Under the pieces are notes generated by a model. It searched no databases, was not told where the DNA came from, and saw nothing but the letters and a program-made list of their open reading frames with translations. Made by a program: the position numbers and the translations under genes. Shown in pieces: positions 39,476 to 50,571 of a stretch of 56,309 nucleotides of DNA (its first letter is position 1; each line of letters begins with the position of its first letter). This DNA is from an uncultured Pseudomonadota bacterium (GTDB lineage Bacteria; Pseudomonadota; Alphaproteobacteria; RF32; CAG-239): positions 1 through 56,309 of the forward strand of contig CACWUA010000014.1 of NCBI GenBank assembly GCA_902763905.1, read 5' to 3'.

Positions 39476-40338
39476 TTTGTGCGCGGCCTGTCCCCATACA
39501 TTCCGGCCTGTATGCACAGCGGTTTAACGATTTCATTGGCATTACCCTGCACTTTTTCAATGCGATAGGCGCGCTCACATTCCCATGGCGTCACCGGAAA
39601 TTGTTTATTCCATACATTTAGTATCGCCGCCATATTTTCGCTGATACGATAGCGCGGATATGTGTTTTGCATATAAAGATAAGTACGGGCAATCAAACCT
39701 TTAACCGCATCACGCGGCTCCACTTTGTTTTTATAAATTGCCATACCGCCGCAAACGCCAAAAGTCGGCTTAATCGGCTTGGTAAACTGAGTAAAGTTAT
39801 AATTGGCGCGCAAATAATTTACCGCACCGATAGCCGGATACAGGTTATACATATCGGTATACATATAGCGAAACTCCTCGCTTTCCTGTTCGGCACAAGC
39901 ACGACCTTTGAACTTTTTGCCTTTTTTGGAAACGCAAGCATCTTTGCCGGCAAACCATTCCGGAAAAGTTTTGCCGAAATTTTGTGCCGGCACAATATGT
40001 TCCCATTCCATACGGGTTGCCTTGCGCTGCAATTCTTCTTCCGAAATATCATAAACGTCAAATTCGGCAGTTTGCAAATCCGGCAACGAGAATCCGCGCG
40101 GACGAATGATTTTTTTGTCTTTGGTAAAATCGGCGCCGCAATAAAGAGTTATTCGCTGATCATAATATATTTTATTCAGCATTTCTTTTTTTACGGCATA
40201 AAAAGACTGGCTATGCCGATTGCCCCAAACCTTGTCTTTCGGTTGTTCGGCATCTTCATCATAACTCCAAAACCAAATTGCCTGAGCCGACAGCGGCAAA
40301 ATCAGCAACAACGCGGCTATTATCCAAATTTTTTTCAT
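39469..40338 (-). CDS. endA: Periplasmic endonuclease I (EndA/Dns family)
   Basis: Signal peptide, TLYCG, RMEWEHIVPA, DMYNLYPAIGAVN..R.NY, IARTYLYM, QGN.N. Confidence 0.92.
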   Translation of the reverse strand: MKKIWIIAALLLILPLSAQAIWFWSYDEDAEQPKDKVWGNRHSQSFYAVKKEMLNKIYYDQRITLYCGADFTKDKKIIRPRGFSLPDLQTAEFDVYDISEEELQRKATRMEWEHIVPAQNFGKTFPEWFAGKDACVSKKGKKFKGRACAEQESEEFRYMYTDMYNLYPAIGAVNYLRANYNFTQFTKPIKPTFGVCGGMAIYKNKVEPRDAVKGLIARTYLYMQNTYPRYRISENMAAILNVWNKQFPVTPWECERAYRIEKVQGNANEIVKPLCIQAGMYGDRPRTKW

Positions 40339-40448
40339 CTTTGCACTTTCTTTAATCGTTGTGTTTGTCCGTATGGTAAGAACAAATCAAAAAAAAGTCA
40401 ATAACGGACTGATATTTATTGCAAGTTCGTTTATTTTTAAGAGTAAAA

Positions 40449-40496
40449 AAATATCCTGCTCTTTCAATTAAGAAAAAACAGGATATTTATTTTTTG
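40449..40496 (-). terminator. Hairpin after the 40956 ORF
   Basis: AAATATCCTG...CAGGATATTT flanked by A and T runs. Confidence 0.55.
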
Positions 40497-40503
40497 CTTT
40501 TTA

Positions 40504-40956
40504 CTATTTCCACTTGTCATACACGTCTCCGTTAAGAGAAACATACACGACTTTATCGTCTCCGCCCTCATATTTGGCGATACAGGGAACTATTTTTCCT
40601 TCTTCGGTTATCGCTGCTGCATTGTAGCGAGAATCATTCGGTTCCGGAGTTCCCAGACAATATTTACCATCAATAACAGCGTATGGTACGACCAAATCTT
40701 TGGCAGGAATTAATCCGGCTTCGACCACGTCTTTGTGATTTATCCGAGAAAACCCCTGAAGCCAGAAAACTGACGGAACCTGCTGTTCTTTAGTTGTGGT
40801 GAGAACGATTGTTTCACTTTCATATTCCGCCGTTGCCGGTGTAATGTGAAGATATGCATCATCCTCCGTTTCAACAATTTCGTAGTTATCACCCACGGTC
40901 TGGGCATATGAAATCATCGAAACAAGGAGCATAGAGATTATCAACAGATGTTTCAT
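40504..40956 (-). CDS. Hypothetical secreted protein
   Basis: Signal peptide MKHLLIISMLLVSMISYA|Q; two Cys; no family recognised. Confidence 0.7.
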   Translation of the reverse strand: MKHLLIISMLLVSMISYAQTVGDNYEIVETEDDAYLHITPATAEYESETIVLTTTKEQQVPSVFWLQGFSRINHKDVVEAGLIPAKDLVVPYAVIDGKYCLGTPEPNDSRYNAAAITEEGKIVPCIAKYEGGDDKVVYVSLNGDVYDKWK

Positions 40957-41260
40957 CTTGTATTTTGTTATTAGCCTTACAATAAGTCGTACTCGCATTT
41001 CGGCATCAATTTTGACTCGATTTTACTATCCGGTTTTTGTATTAAATACAAAAATTACAGACTCTGCTCTCTAAACAAAAATCGACTTGATTGCCTTATA
41101 GCTTACTGCACATTATTTTCAGGCCTCCTTGCGGAGAACGTTTATAATCCTACGGAATAATATTAATTGCATTTAATATAATGGCAAATACAATAATATC
41201 AGTTTAACGGCTTTGTTTTAGCATATTTTGTACAAAAATCAAGTTTGAAATTTAATTTGT

Positions 41261-41291
41261 AAAAAAACCGCCCTATTCATCATAAGGCGGT
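41261..41291 (-). terminator. Intrinsic terminator after gyrA
   Basis: Minus strand ACCGCCTT...AGGGCGGT followed by a T run. Confidence 0.75.
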
Positions 41292-41314
41292 AATTTCATT
41301 CATTGAAAACGAAA

Positions 41315-44134
41315 TTAAGCGTCGGCCTCGTCGGTACGCGGCTCGCTGATTGCCTCTGCTGCGATTTCCGCATTTTCGGCCTCGGTATCAATCACGTTGT
41401 CGTTTTCCTCGTCGATTTCCTCGTCGGTGCCTTCATCGGCATCAAGTTTGGTTACCGAAACAACGTTCTCATTTTCGGCAGTACGGAACAAAATCACGCC
41501 CTGCGTCTTACGACCGGCAATACGAATGTCGTCAACCGGCATTCTGATAAGTTTACCGCCGTCGGTTACCATCATAATATCCTTATCTTCGGTAATCGGG
41601 AACGAGCTGACAACTTCCTTATTGCGCGGCGACATTTCCATATTGGCTATACCCGAACCGCCACGGCCGGTCACGCGATATTCATACGAAGAAGAGCGCT
41701 TGCCGTAGCCGGTAACAGTTACGGTTAAGATGAATTCTTCCATCTTTTGCATTTCTTCAAACTTCTCTAAGCTGAGCAGGTTCAGTAAGCCGGTCTGATC
41801 AGCCGTAATGCAGCTGGTTTCGCCACTTTCGGTATCAATGCGTTTCATGGCACCGGAGACTTTCAAATACTCATCGCGTTCTTCAATCGGGGCTTTAATA
41901 TGCTTAAGCATGGTCATCGAGATAACTTCATCGCCCTTTGCCAACTTAATACCGCGCACGCCGGTGGAGTTACGGCCGACAAACACGCGGACATCGGTTA
42001 CAGGGAAGCGAATACATTTACCTTGGCGCGTTGCCAACATAATATCGTTGTTTTCATCACACATGGCAACATTAATCAGCTTATCGCCTTCGTCAAGTTT
42101 CATTGCAATCTTACCGTTAGATTGAACGTTGACAAAGTCCATCAGGCTGTTGCGACGAATGTTACCGCTGGCGGTAGCAAAAGCAATCGAAACACCATTG
42201 CACTCTTCCTCATTCTCCGGCAATTTCATAATGGCGGTAATGTTTTCGCCGTTTTGTAACGGCAACAGATTGATGAACGGCTTACCTTTAGAAGTCGGCG
42301 AACCGAGCGGCAATTTATAAACCTTCATCTTATACACAATACCGCGGCTGGAGAAGAACAACACCGGTGTATGTGTACTGGCTACAAACAGACGCGTCAC
42401 AAAATCCTCGTCTTTGGTGGTCATACCGGATTTACCCTTACCGCCGCGCTTTTGCGCTTTATAAGCGTTCAGCGGTACGCGTTTGATATAACCTTCTTCG
42501 GTCACGGTAACTACCATTTCTTCACGCTGAATCAGCGATTCAATATCTTGATTGTATTCAATATCCTGAATTTCGGTCATACGCGGTGTGGCATATTCAT
42601 CTTTAACCGCCACCAACTCATCACGCATAATGCCGTAAAGTTTTTCGCGGCTCGAAAGAATAGAAAGAAACTCTTTGATTGCCGCACCCAAATCCACCAA
42701 TTCTTCGTGAATTTTATCGCGTTCCAAACCGGTCAAACGTTGCAATTTTAAATCCAAAATCGCACGGGCTTGGTCTTCTGACATTCTGTAAACACCGTTT
42801 TCTACTTTTCTGTCCGGCTCATCAATCAGCTTAACCCAATCTTCAATTGTACCGGCCGGCCATTCGCGGCTGACTAATTGTTCACGAGCGTCTTGCGGTG
42901 TCGGTGCGTTTTTAATCAGTTCAATCACCGGATCAAGATTTTCCACGGCAATTGCCAAACCAACCAAAACGTGCGCGCGGTTGCGAGCTTTATTCAAGCG
43001 GAACACAGTGCGACGACGAATTACTTCTTCGCGGAACTCGATAAAGGTTGAAATAATATCGCGCAAATTCATCATCATCGGACGGCCGCCGTTGATGGCA
43101 AGCATATTCATACCGAAACTGGTTTGCAATTCGGTGTATTTATAAAGCTGATTCAAAATCACATCGGCTTGAAAATCGCGCTTGATTTCAATAACGATGC
43201 GCACACCCTGACGGTCGGATTCATCGCGAATATCGGAAATTCCCTCTATGCGTTTGTCTTTAACCAACTCGGCAATATGTGCCACCAAATTGGCTTTGTT
43301 TACCTGATATGGCACTTCATGGACAATGATTGCTTCTTTATCTTTGCGAATTTCTTCAATCGAGCATTTGGCGCGCATCATAATTGAGCTGCGGCCGGTC
43401 AAATATGCCTGTTTGGCACCGCCGTAACCCAAAATCAAACCACCGGTAGGAAAATCCGGCCCCGGAACAATATTAATCAGTTCTTCCACGCTGATTTCCG
43501 GATTATCAATATAAGCGCAACAAGCGTCGATTACTTCGCCCAAATTATGTGGCGGAATATTGGTAGCCATACCTACGGCAATACCGCTGCCGCCGTTTAC
43601 CAATAAATTAGGGAAACGTGCCGGCAACACCGTCGGTTCTTGCAAAGATTCGTCATAGTTCGGCATAAAGTCAACGGTATCTTCATCCAAGTTATCGGTC
43701 AAACAAGCAGAAACCTTAGCCAAACGCGCCTCGGTATAACGCATGGCCGCCGCACCGTCGCCATCCATCGAACCAAAGTTACCCTGTCCGTCCACCAGCG
43801 TCACCCGCATAGAAAACGGTTGTGCCATACGCACCATTGCTTCATAAATGGAACTGTCGCCGTGCGGGTGATATTTACCCATAACATCGCCGACGATACG
43901 CGCCGATTTACGATAAGGTTTGGTCGAATCATAGCCGTTTTCATACATTCCGTAAATAATACGGCGATGCACCGGCTTCATACCGTCACGCGCATCCGGC
44001 AACGCACGCGAAACGATTACGCTCATGGCATAATCCAAATAGCTGCGGCGCATTTCTTCCGAAATCATGGTCGGGGCGATATTATCGGTTTTTACCACAC
44101 TAACTTCCTGTGTTTCTTGAATTTCTTCAGTCAC
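41315..44134 (-). CDS. gyrA: DNA gyrase subunit A
   Basis: [22 protein letters not shown] catalytic Tyr, GyrA-box QKRGGKG. Confidence 0.99.
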   Translation of the reverse strand: MTEEIQETQEVSVVKTDNIAPTMISEEMRRSYLDYAMSVIVSRALPDARDGMKPVHRRIIYGMYENGYDSTKPYRKSARIVGDVMGKYHPHGDSSIYEAMVRMAQPFSMRVTLVDGQGNFGSMDGDGAAAMRYTEARLAKVSACLTDNLDEDTVDFMPNYDESLQEPTVLPARFPNLLVNGGSGIAVGMATNIPPHNLGEVIDACCAYIDNPEISVEELINIVPGPDFPTGGLILGYGGAKQAYLTGRSSIMMRAKCSIEEIRKDKEAIIVHEVPYQVNKANLVAHIAELVKDKRIEGISDIRDESDRQGVRIVIEIKRDFQADVILNQLYKYTELQTSFGMNMLAINGGRPMMMNLRDIISTFIEFREEVIRRRTVFRLNKARNRAHVLVGLAIAVENLDPVIELIKNAPTPQDAREQLVSREWPAGTIEDWVKLIDEPDRKVENGVYRMSEDQARAILDLKLQRLTGLERDKIHEELVDLGAAIKEFLSILSSREKLYGIMRDELVAVKDEYATPRMTEIQDIEYNQDIESLIQREEMVVTVTEEGYIKRVPLNAYKAQKRGGKGKSGMTTKDEDFVTRLFVASTHTPVLFFSSRGIVYKMKVYKLPLGSPTSKGKPFINLLPLQNGENITAIMKLPENEEECNGVSIAFATASGNIRRNSLMDFVNVQSNGKIAMKLDEGDKLINVAMCDENNDIMLATRQGKCIRFPVTDVRVFVGRNSTGVRGIKLAKGDEVISMTMLKHIKAPIEERDEYLKVSGAMKRIDTESGETSCITADQTGLLNLLSLEKFEEMQKMEEFILTVTVTGYGKRSSSYEYRVTGRGGSGIANMEMSPRNKEVVSSFPITEDKDIMMVTDGGKLIRMPVDDIRIAGRKTQGVILFRTAENENVVSVTKLDADEGTDEEIDEENDNVIDTEAENAEIAAEAISEPRTDEADA

Positions 44135-44296
44135 TTCATACCTCTTGAATTTTCTTAAATATTAAACTGACTAAATATAGCAAACACGGCATAAAATAGG
44201 AAGTTTTTTTTGTGTTTTATCCACCTGTAAAAGTGCCTGAAAAATAAAAAACTTCCGAAATAAATCCGGAAGCTTTTCATAAGAATATGTTTATTT

Positions 44297-45679
44297 TTAT
44301 TTGATTGAGCTGTTCAAACTGCGAATAATCTGATTTTGCTTATTTATATCTGTCGGAGTAATGATTTTGGCACATTCATCACTGCGCTTTTGTAAAGTTA
44401 CGGCATCAGATGATGCAAAGAACGCATCAGATATTTTAACAATTTGTTGGTATTTTGCTTCGGTGATGCCGGCTGCAGCAGCAAAGAAACCCGACGCCTG
44501 ACGCATATTGGAGTTTTCTCCATTACCCAAGTAGCTTAAACAATATACGATTTCCTCATCTCCGGCGTAGAGATTTTTATCTAAATTTGAAAGCTGCGGT
44601 TTATAAACAGGTTTTTTAACAATCGGTTGCGGAGTTTTTTTCTTTAAATCTGTTTTTGGTTTTATAACCTTGGTTTTGACCTTATCCTGGGCGGTGACTT
44701 TGGCCTTTTTAACAGTTTTTTCTGTTGTCTTTTCACTTGCTTCTTTAGCAAGTTTTTCCGCTTTTTCTGCAGCTTCTTTGGCAATTGCTTTGGCTTTTTC
44801 GGCCTCTTTTATCTTTTCTTCTGCTTCTTTAGCTTTTTCTTCGGCTTCTTTAGCTGCCTTATTTGCTGCTTCTTTAGCCTCTTTTTTAGCTTTTTGTTCA
44901 GCTTCTGCCGCTTCTTTTACGGCACTCAGCTCAGCTTTTTTAGCATCTTGAGCTGCTTTTGCGGCTTTTTCGTATTCATTCAAACGCTCGGTTAAAATTG
45001 TGTTTTGTTCTTGCATTTGTTTTAATTGTTCTTCCAATTCCTGATTGCGCATTTCTGCTTGTTCTTGAAAAGCTTTTGCTTCCAATACCGAGGATTTTGC
45101 TTGTTCCAAAACAGCATACATCCTCGCCATATCGGCCGCCGGTATGGTTTCTTCAAGATTTTCTGCTTTTTCTTGATTTTTTTCACTTGCAGGTATAGCC
45201 GCAGGCGGAACTTCCGATGATACGGTCTTTTCTTTGGAAGCCTGTGCAGGTTGCATAGCTTGTATCTCGGAATTTGTTGTTGATTGTGTTTGTTCTTGCG
45301 GAGCAATATCCGGCTGAGCTTTCACTATTGCATCTTTTTCTGCTCTTTGTTGCTGAACCTGATGTAAAACAGCGGCGACATCGGCAACTTTTTTCTTTTC
45401 TACAATTTTAAGCGGAGTCCAACCTTGAGCGTTGCTGATATTCATATCGGCACCGTATTGCAATAGAATCCGTGCCATTTCGGCATTATTAAGTGCAACT
45501 GCATAATGCAAAGGTGCATTACCTTGTGCGTTGACAGCATTAACATCTTCCCCATTGTTTAATAAAGCCAAAACAGCTTCTTTATCATTTTGCTTAACAC
45601 TGTCAATCAGTTCTTGCAACGAGGCATGGGCCTGTGTGGTAAACAAAATAATGAAAGCAATTAACAAACTTTTTTTCAT
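44297..45679 (-). CDS. Secreted ankyrin-repeat protein with Ala/Lys/Glu-rich coiled coil
   Basis: ATG 45679 after AAGGAG; signal peptide; GNAPLHYAV and GWTPL ankyrin motifs; KEAAEKA-rich stretch; two-Cys C-terminal domain. Confidence 0.82.
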   Translation of the reverse strand: MKKSLLIAFIILFTTQAHASLQELIDSVKQNDKEAVLALLNNGEDVNAVNAQGNAPLHYAVALNNAEMARILLQYGADMNISNAQGWTPLKIVEKKKVADVAAVLHQVQQQRAEKDAIVKAQPDIAPQEQTQSTTNSEIQAMQPAQASKEKTVSSEVPPAAIPASEKNQEKAENLEETIPAADMARMYAVLEQAKSSVLEAKAFQEQAEMRNQELEEQLKQMQEQNTILTERLNEYEKAAKAAQDAKKAELSAVKEAAEAEQKAKKEAKEAANKAAKEAEEKAKEAEEKIKEAEKAKAIAKEAAEKAEKLAKEASEKTTEKTVKKAKVTAQDKVKTKVIKPKTDLKKKTPQPIVKKPVYKPQLSNLDKNLYAGDEEIVYCLSYLGNGENSNMRQASGFFAAAAGITEAKYQQIVKISDAFFASSDAVTLQKRSDECAKIITPTDINKQNQIIRSLNSSIK

Positions 45680-45783
45680 ATTTTTCTCCTTATAGATATG
45701 CCGAAATCTTTTTTGATAATAACCATTTAATTTTAATTTGCAACATTTTTTAAGGCTGACCGCGAATCGATCAGCCCTAAAAA

Positions 45784-47541
45784 TCACAATTTAAGTTCAA
45801 TATGCAAATCTTTAAGCTGTTGCTCGGTTACGGTATTCGGGGCTTGCATCATCAAGTCCTGAGCTTTACCGTTCAGCGGAAACAGAATTACATCGCGGAT
45901 AATCGGCTCATCCAGCAACAGCATTACTGTACGGTCAATACCGGGAGCGCAACCGGCGTGCGGAGGTGCCCCGTATTTGAAAGCATTTATCATACCACCA
46001 AATTTATTATCAACAACGCTATGATCATAACCGGCAATTTCAAAGGCGCGATACATAATTTCCGGACTATGATTGCGCACCGCACCCGAAGCCAATTCTA
46101 CCCCGTTGCAAACCAAATCATATTGATAAGCTAAGATATCCAACGGATTTTTAGTATTAAGCGCTTCCAAACCGCCTTGCGGCATAGAAAACGGGTTATG
46201 CGAAAATTCCACGGCGCCGGTCTCTTCATTTTCTTCATAGAACGGAAAATCAACTATCCAGCACAATTTAAATGAATTTTTATCAAATAAATCTAAGGCC
46301 TCGCCTATCATGTTACGAACAACACCGGCAAATTTATTAATGACTTTTGCCGCACCGCCCATAAAGAATATGGCATCACCATCTTTAGCGTTGAATTGTT
46401 GTTTCAATTCGGTGATTTTTTCTTCGCTGAAAAATTTAGCTATACCTTTGGCACCGCCGTCTGCAAAAGCAATGTAGGCTATACCTCCCATTCCCTGCTC
46501 TTTGGCATACGCATCGAATTTATCGAAGAACGAACGTGGTTTATTGCCGGCATTGGGAGCTTTAATGGCGCGGATTTGCTCTCCGTTTGCCGCTTTTGCA
46601 TCATACACTCCAAAACCTGAATTATTGAAAAACGCAGTAGCATCATCAATAATCAACGGATTACGCAGATCAGGTTTATCGCTGCCGTATTTAAGCATAG
46701 CCTCACGGAACGGAATACGTTCAAAAGGCGCTTGACTAACGGTTTTACCATTAGCAAATTTATTGAAAATCGTGCCCATGGTATATTCTATTACCTTAAA
46801 TACATCTTCTTGAGTGACAAAAGACATTTCCATATCCAGCTGATAGAATTCGCCCGGAGAACGATCGGCTCGCGGATCCTCATCGCGAAAACACGGAGCA
46901 ATCTGGAAATACTTATCAAAACCGGAAACCATTAACAGCTGCTTAAATTGTTGCGGGGCTTGAGGCAGAGCGTAAAACTTTCCCGGATTTAAGCGCGACG
47001 GAACCAAAAAGTCGCGAGCACCTTCCGGCGAAGACGCAGTCAAAATCGGTGTTTGATATTCATTAAATCCCTGCTCGTGCATCAGACGACGCATCTCGGA
47101 GATTACTTTGCAACGCAACAAAATATTGTTGCGGATTTTTTCGCGGCGTAAATCCAAAAAGCGATATTTCAGGCGCAATTCTTCCGGCTCGTTGCATTCT
47201 CCCGTGACCTGAACCGGCAAAACATCTGCTTCGGAATAAACTGTTACTTCCTCAACCTTTATCTCAATATCTCCTGTCGGTATGTTTTTATTGACACTCT
47301 CGCGCGCCACGACCTGTCCGACAAAACCGACCACGCTTTCTACGCGTATATCTCTAATTTTTTCAAACAAATCAGAAGAGCTATCAAATACACATTGGGT
47401 AATGCCATAATGATCGCGCAAGTCAATAAAGCATAAATTCCCTAAGTTACGCTTACGTTGTATCCAACCTGCAAGCTTAACCCTTTGACCGATATGTTCC
47501 GTTCGCAGCTCGCCGCAAGTATGAGTCCGATATTCGTTCAT
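45784..47541 (-). CDS. aspS: Aspartate--tRNA ligase
   Basis: [41 protein letters not shown]. Confidence 0.98.
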   Translation of the reverse strand: MNEYRTHTCGELRTEHIGQRVKLAGWIQRKRNLGNLCFIDLRDHYGITQCVFDSSSDLFEKIRDIRVESVVGFVGQVVARESVNKNIPTGDIEIKVEEVTVYSEADVLPVQVTGECNEPEELRLKYRFLDLRREKIRNNILLRCKVISEMRRLMHEQGFNEYQTPILTASSPEGARDFLVPSRLNPGKFYALPQAPQQFKQLLMVSGFDKYFQIAPCFRDEDPRADRSPGEFYQLDMEMSFVTQEDVFKVIEYTMGTIFNKFANGKTVSQAPFERIPFREAMLKYGSDKPDLRNPLIIDDATAFFNNSGFGVYDAKAANGEQIRAIKAPNAGNKPRSFFDKFDAYAKEQGMGGIAYIAFADGGAKGIAKFFSEEKITELKQQFNAKDGDAIFFMGGAAKVINKFAGVVRNMIGEALDLFDKNSFKLCWIVDFPFYEENEETGAVEFSHNPFSMPQGGLEALNTKNPLDILAYQYDLVCNGVELASGAVRNHSPEIMYRAFEIAGYDHSVVDNKFGGMINAFKYGAPPHAGCAPGIDRTVMLLLDEPIIRDVILFPLNGKAQDLMMQAPNTVTEQQLKDLHIELKL

Positions 47542-47659
47542 TATTTCCTCTTTATTTATTAAAACTGTATTTTGTTCTAAAGCGTATTTACAATAAAATC
47601 AACCCTAAATTAAAAAAATATTAAACACTGTTTGATATCCTATCAGAGGAGGAAATATT

Positions 47660-48826
47660 ATGCAATTAATCAATACAACAGAAAAATTAAATGAATTTTG
47701 CAATGTTTTGCAAAATCAAGCTTTTATAACAGTTGATTCGGAATTTATACGCGAGCATTCGTATTATCCGAAATTATGTCTAATTCAAGTAGCCTGTGAA
47801 CAAGATTCGGCAATTATTGACCCTTTATCTTCTACGGATTTATCAGCTTTTTTTGCAATTTTACAAAATCCGAATATTGTAAAAATTTTCCATTCGGGAA
47901 GACAAGATATCGAAATTTTTTATAATTTAACCGGACATACTCCGAAAAATGTTTTTGATACGCAAATTGCCGCTATGGTGTGCGGCTTTGCCGAAAATAT
48001 CGGATATGGCAATTTGGTGCGTGAAATAACACATGTGGATTTAGATAAATCACAGCGCCTGACCGATTGGAGTTTACGACCTCTTGACGAATCGCAGCTG
48101 CAATACGCTATTTGTGATGTTACTTATTTGATTGATTGCTATAAATATTTGATTTCCTATATGAAAGAAAATCATAGAGAGAATTGGGTTGATGAAGAAA
48201 TAAATCAGTTATGCGATGAAAGTGGTTATTGTATTAAACCGGAAAACGCTTGGCTGCGAGTTAAGCACAATGTGCATTCACCGCATTTTTTGGCTGCGCT
48301 TAAATATTTAGCTGAATGGCGTGAACGACGAGCTCAAAAATTCAATACTCCGCGTTCCGGAATTTTAAGAGATGAAGTCTTGTTAAATGTTGCCAGTGCC
48401 GCACCTAAAAACATTGAGGAATTGAAAAATGTCCGTAATCTCAAAAAAGAGGTAATAAGCGGTAAATTGGGGATTGAAATTATGGAAGCTCTTGATAAAG
48501 CCAGAAAAAATCCTATGCCTGCAGATATTTGTCGTTCTGATCGCAAGCAATGCTGTAATATCCCTAATCATGAACAGAGTCTGGCGGAAATTCTGAAACT
48601 TTTACTTAAAATTAAAAGTCAAGAATCCGGAGTGATTGCCAGATTAATAGCATCTGATGAAGATTTGCGTTACATAATTTTGAATCAACCGGAAAAAACC
48701 CATTCCATGCAAGGATGGCGCTATGAAGTTTTCGGACAATATGCCGAACAAATATGCCGTGGCAAGTTGTCAATTTCCTATAATCCGAGAAAGAAAAGTA
48801 TAGAATTTAATAGTTGTATTAAATGA
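47660..48826 (+). CDS. rnd: Ribonuclease D
   Basis: VDSEFIRE, LCLIQVA, FDTQIAA, DWSLRPL...YAICDV, HRDC region, GWRYEVFG. Confidence 0.95.
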   Translation: MQLINTTEKLNEFCNVLQNQAFITVDSEFIREHSYYPKLCLIQVACEQDSAIIDPLSSTDLSAFFAILQNPNIVKIFHSGRQDIEIFYNLTGHTPKNVFDTQIAAMVCGFAENIGYGNLVREITHVDLDKSQRLTDWSLRPLDESQLQYAICDVTYLIDCYKYLISYMKENHRENWVDEEINQLCDESGYCIKPENAWLRVKHNVHSPHFLAALKYLAEWRERRAQKFNTPRSGILRDEVLLNVASAAPKNIEELKNVRNLKKEVISGKLGIEIMEALDKARKNPMPADICRSDRKQCCNIPNHEQSLAEILKLLLKIKSQESGVIARLIASDEDLRYIILNQPEKTHSMQGWRYEVFGQYAEQICRGKLSISYNPRKKSIEFNSCIK

Positions 48827-49094
48827 TTTTGTTGAGAAGCGTCAAAGTCATAGCTTTTTATGGTGCAGTACATTAAATAAAAGTCATCTTTTTTTTGCAT
48901 CGGCAAAAATTTTGGGATATTCCGTATATAGCAGTGCTTGGCGATATTATGTGTATAAAATAAACAAATTCGTTTAATACAGTCAATCCGAATAATTATA
49001 TACAGAGGTATAAAATTTTATCAAAAATACTTGCAATAACTGGGAATATTTGTATGAATATTCGTAAATTATATGCAAATTTGGAACCTATATC

Positions 49095-50567
49095 ATGCCC
49101 TTGCTTGTGTTTTTATTCGGTTTTATGTTTTTTTCTACGGCTAATTGGATTATTCGTAAATATGGTCCTGTTACCTATGAACAAATCATATTTCATCTGA
49201 ATATGCCTTTCAGCTCAGAAATAAGGCTTGTTTTAAGCTATTTACAGAATACGGTGATGACCGGTGCCATTATTACATTGGTGTTGTGGATTTTATTTTC
49301 GCAAAAATATCATTGGAAATTCAAAAAAATCGAAAACTGCAGAAACTATATTTATTGTCATCGTTGGGCACTATCTTTGTTGTGGTTGCTTTTCTGTGTG
49401 GTTTATTATTGTATAAAAATGAATGTTTGGGCTATGATCAATCATCAACAATACAAAAGACAAATTTCAAACTTTTATGAGCAATATTATGTATATCCGC
49501 AACAGACACAAATAACGTTTCCGGAGCGTCCGCGCAATTTGGTAATCATTTTTATGGAAAGTATCGAATCTACTTTTGCCAAGACACCTTTACATGATTA
49601 TTGGAATGCTGATTTAATTCCTGAATTACACACTTTGGCCGATAATAACATTAACTTCAGCGATACCCCGTATATCGGAGGAGCATATCAGGTGGACGGA
49701 ACTCAATGGACACAGGCGGGATTATTTGCAAAAACCTGTGGCGCACCGATTCAACTGCCGTTGCGTGAGGCTAATTTCTTTCAGCCGAAGAACGATTTCT
49801 ATCCGAATGCATGGTGTTTATATGATATTTTACGCCAACAAGGATACAATGAAAGTTTTATGATAGGTTCAAACGGCGAATTCGGCGGTATGGATCGCTT
49901 TGTAAAAACCCATGGTCAACAACATTTCATGGATACGTTATATTTTACGCGTTCAATGAGCAAACTGGCATATAAAAAGCGGCGCAAAAATATGCCGGAT
50001 GAACAGTTGTTTCCGTTGGCAAAAGAAGAACTTGATTTATTGGCCAAACAGAATAAGCCGTTTGTATTCACACTGATGACTTTGGATACGCATTTCGGTA
50101 CGCAGGATTTTTCCGATAAAATATGTGAGCGCGCTTACGGACCGGATAATAATTTGCAAAACGTAGTTTCGTGTGCCAGTAGGCAAATAAATAATTTTGT
50201 GGAATGGTTACAACAACAGCCGTATTATGAAAACACTACCGTGGTTTTGCTCGGTGATCATCTGATGATGAATGATGCTTTTACACCGGAAATGAACCGC
50301 AAACCGTTGAATATTTTTATCAACTCGGCGGTGCCGGCGCAAAACAGCAAAAATCGTATATTCACTCCTTTTGATATTTATCCGACTATTGTGGAAAGTA
50401 TGGGAGCACAAATTAACGGACACCGTTTGGGCCTCGGCACTTCATTATTTTCTGCCGAACCTACGCTTACGGAAGATAAAATATCCGTTGAAGACATGAA
50501 CAACGAAATTCGTAAATCATCAAAAATTTACGATTGGCTGCTTTATGGTAAACAAATTGAAGAATAA
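49095..50567 (+). CDS. LTA-synthase/MdoB-like phosphoglycerol transferase (sulfatase superfamily)
   Basis: N-terminal TM helices, NLVIIFMESIE, WT nucleophile motif, TLDTH, GDHL, GLGTSLFS. Confidence 0.88.
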   Translation: MPLLVFLFGFMFFSTANWIIRKYGPVTYEQIIFHLNMPFSSEIRLVLSYLQNTVMTGAIITLVLWILFSQKYHWKFKKIENCRNYIYCHRWALSLLWLLFCVVYYCIKMNVWAMINHQQYKRQISNFYEQYYVYPQQTQITFPERPRNLVIIFMESIESTFAKTPLHDYWNADLIPELHTLADNNINFSDTPYIGGAYQVDGTQWTQAGLFAKTCGAPIQLPLREANFFQPKNDFYPNAWCLYDILRQQGYNESFMIGSNGEFGGMDRFVKTHGQQHFMDTLYFTRSMSKLAYKKRRKNMPDEQLFPLAKEELDLLAKQNKPFVFTLMTLDTHFGTQDFSDKICERAYGPDNNLQNVVSCASRQINNFVEWLQQQPYYENTTVVLLGDHLMMNDAFTPEMNRKPLNIFINSAVPAQNSKNRIFTPFDIYPTIVESMGAQINGHRLGLGTSLFSAEPTLTEDKISVEDMNNEIRKSSKIYDWLLYGKQIEE

Positions 50568-50571
50568 GCTT

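Noticed and set aside
39667-40404. 245-aa + strand ORF opposite endA, and the other antisense or nested ORFs over gyrA, aspS, glf, gatAB and others
   Set aside because: Shadow frames of well-supported genes, with no motifs or RBS.
43840-43875. GyrA quinolone-resistance region
   Set aside because: [10 protein letters not shown] retains Ser and an acidic residue at the key positions; no resistance signature.
44217-44225. DnaA-box-like TTATCCACC upstream of gyrA (and TTGTCCACA near 52430)
   Set aside because: Single mismatched boxes with no cluster; not enough for an origin or regulatory call.
47610-47624. TTAA-N7-TTAA CtrA-like box between aspS and rnd
   Set aside because: Expected by chance in very AT-rich intergenic DNA; lacks the terminal C.
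48827-49030. Intergenic stretch that looks faintly coding
   Set aside because: No sustained frame, motif or structure could be supported.
49054-49097. Possible one-base frameshift that would extend the phosphoglycerol transferase N-terminus (MNIRK/IICKFGTYIM)
   Set aside because: Cannot be distinguished from a genuine start at 49095 without reads or homologues.
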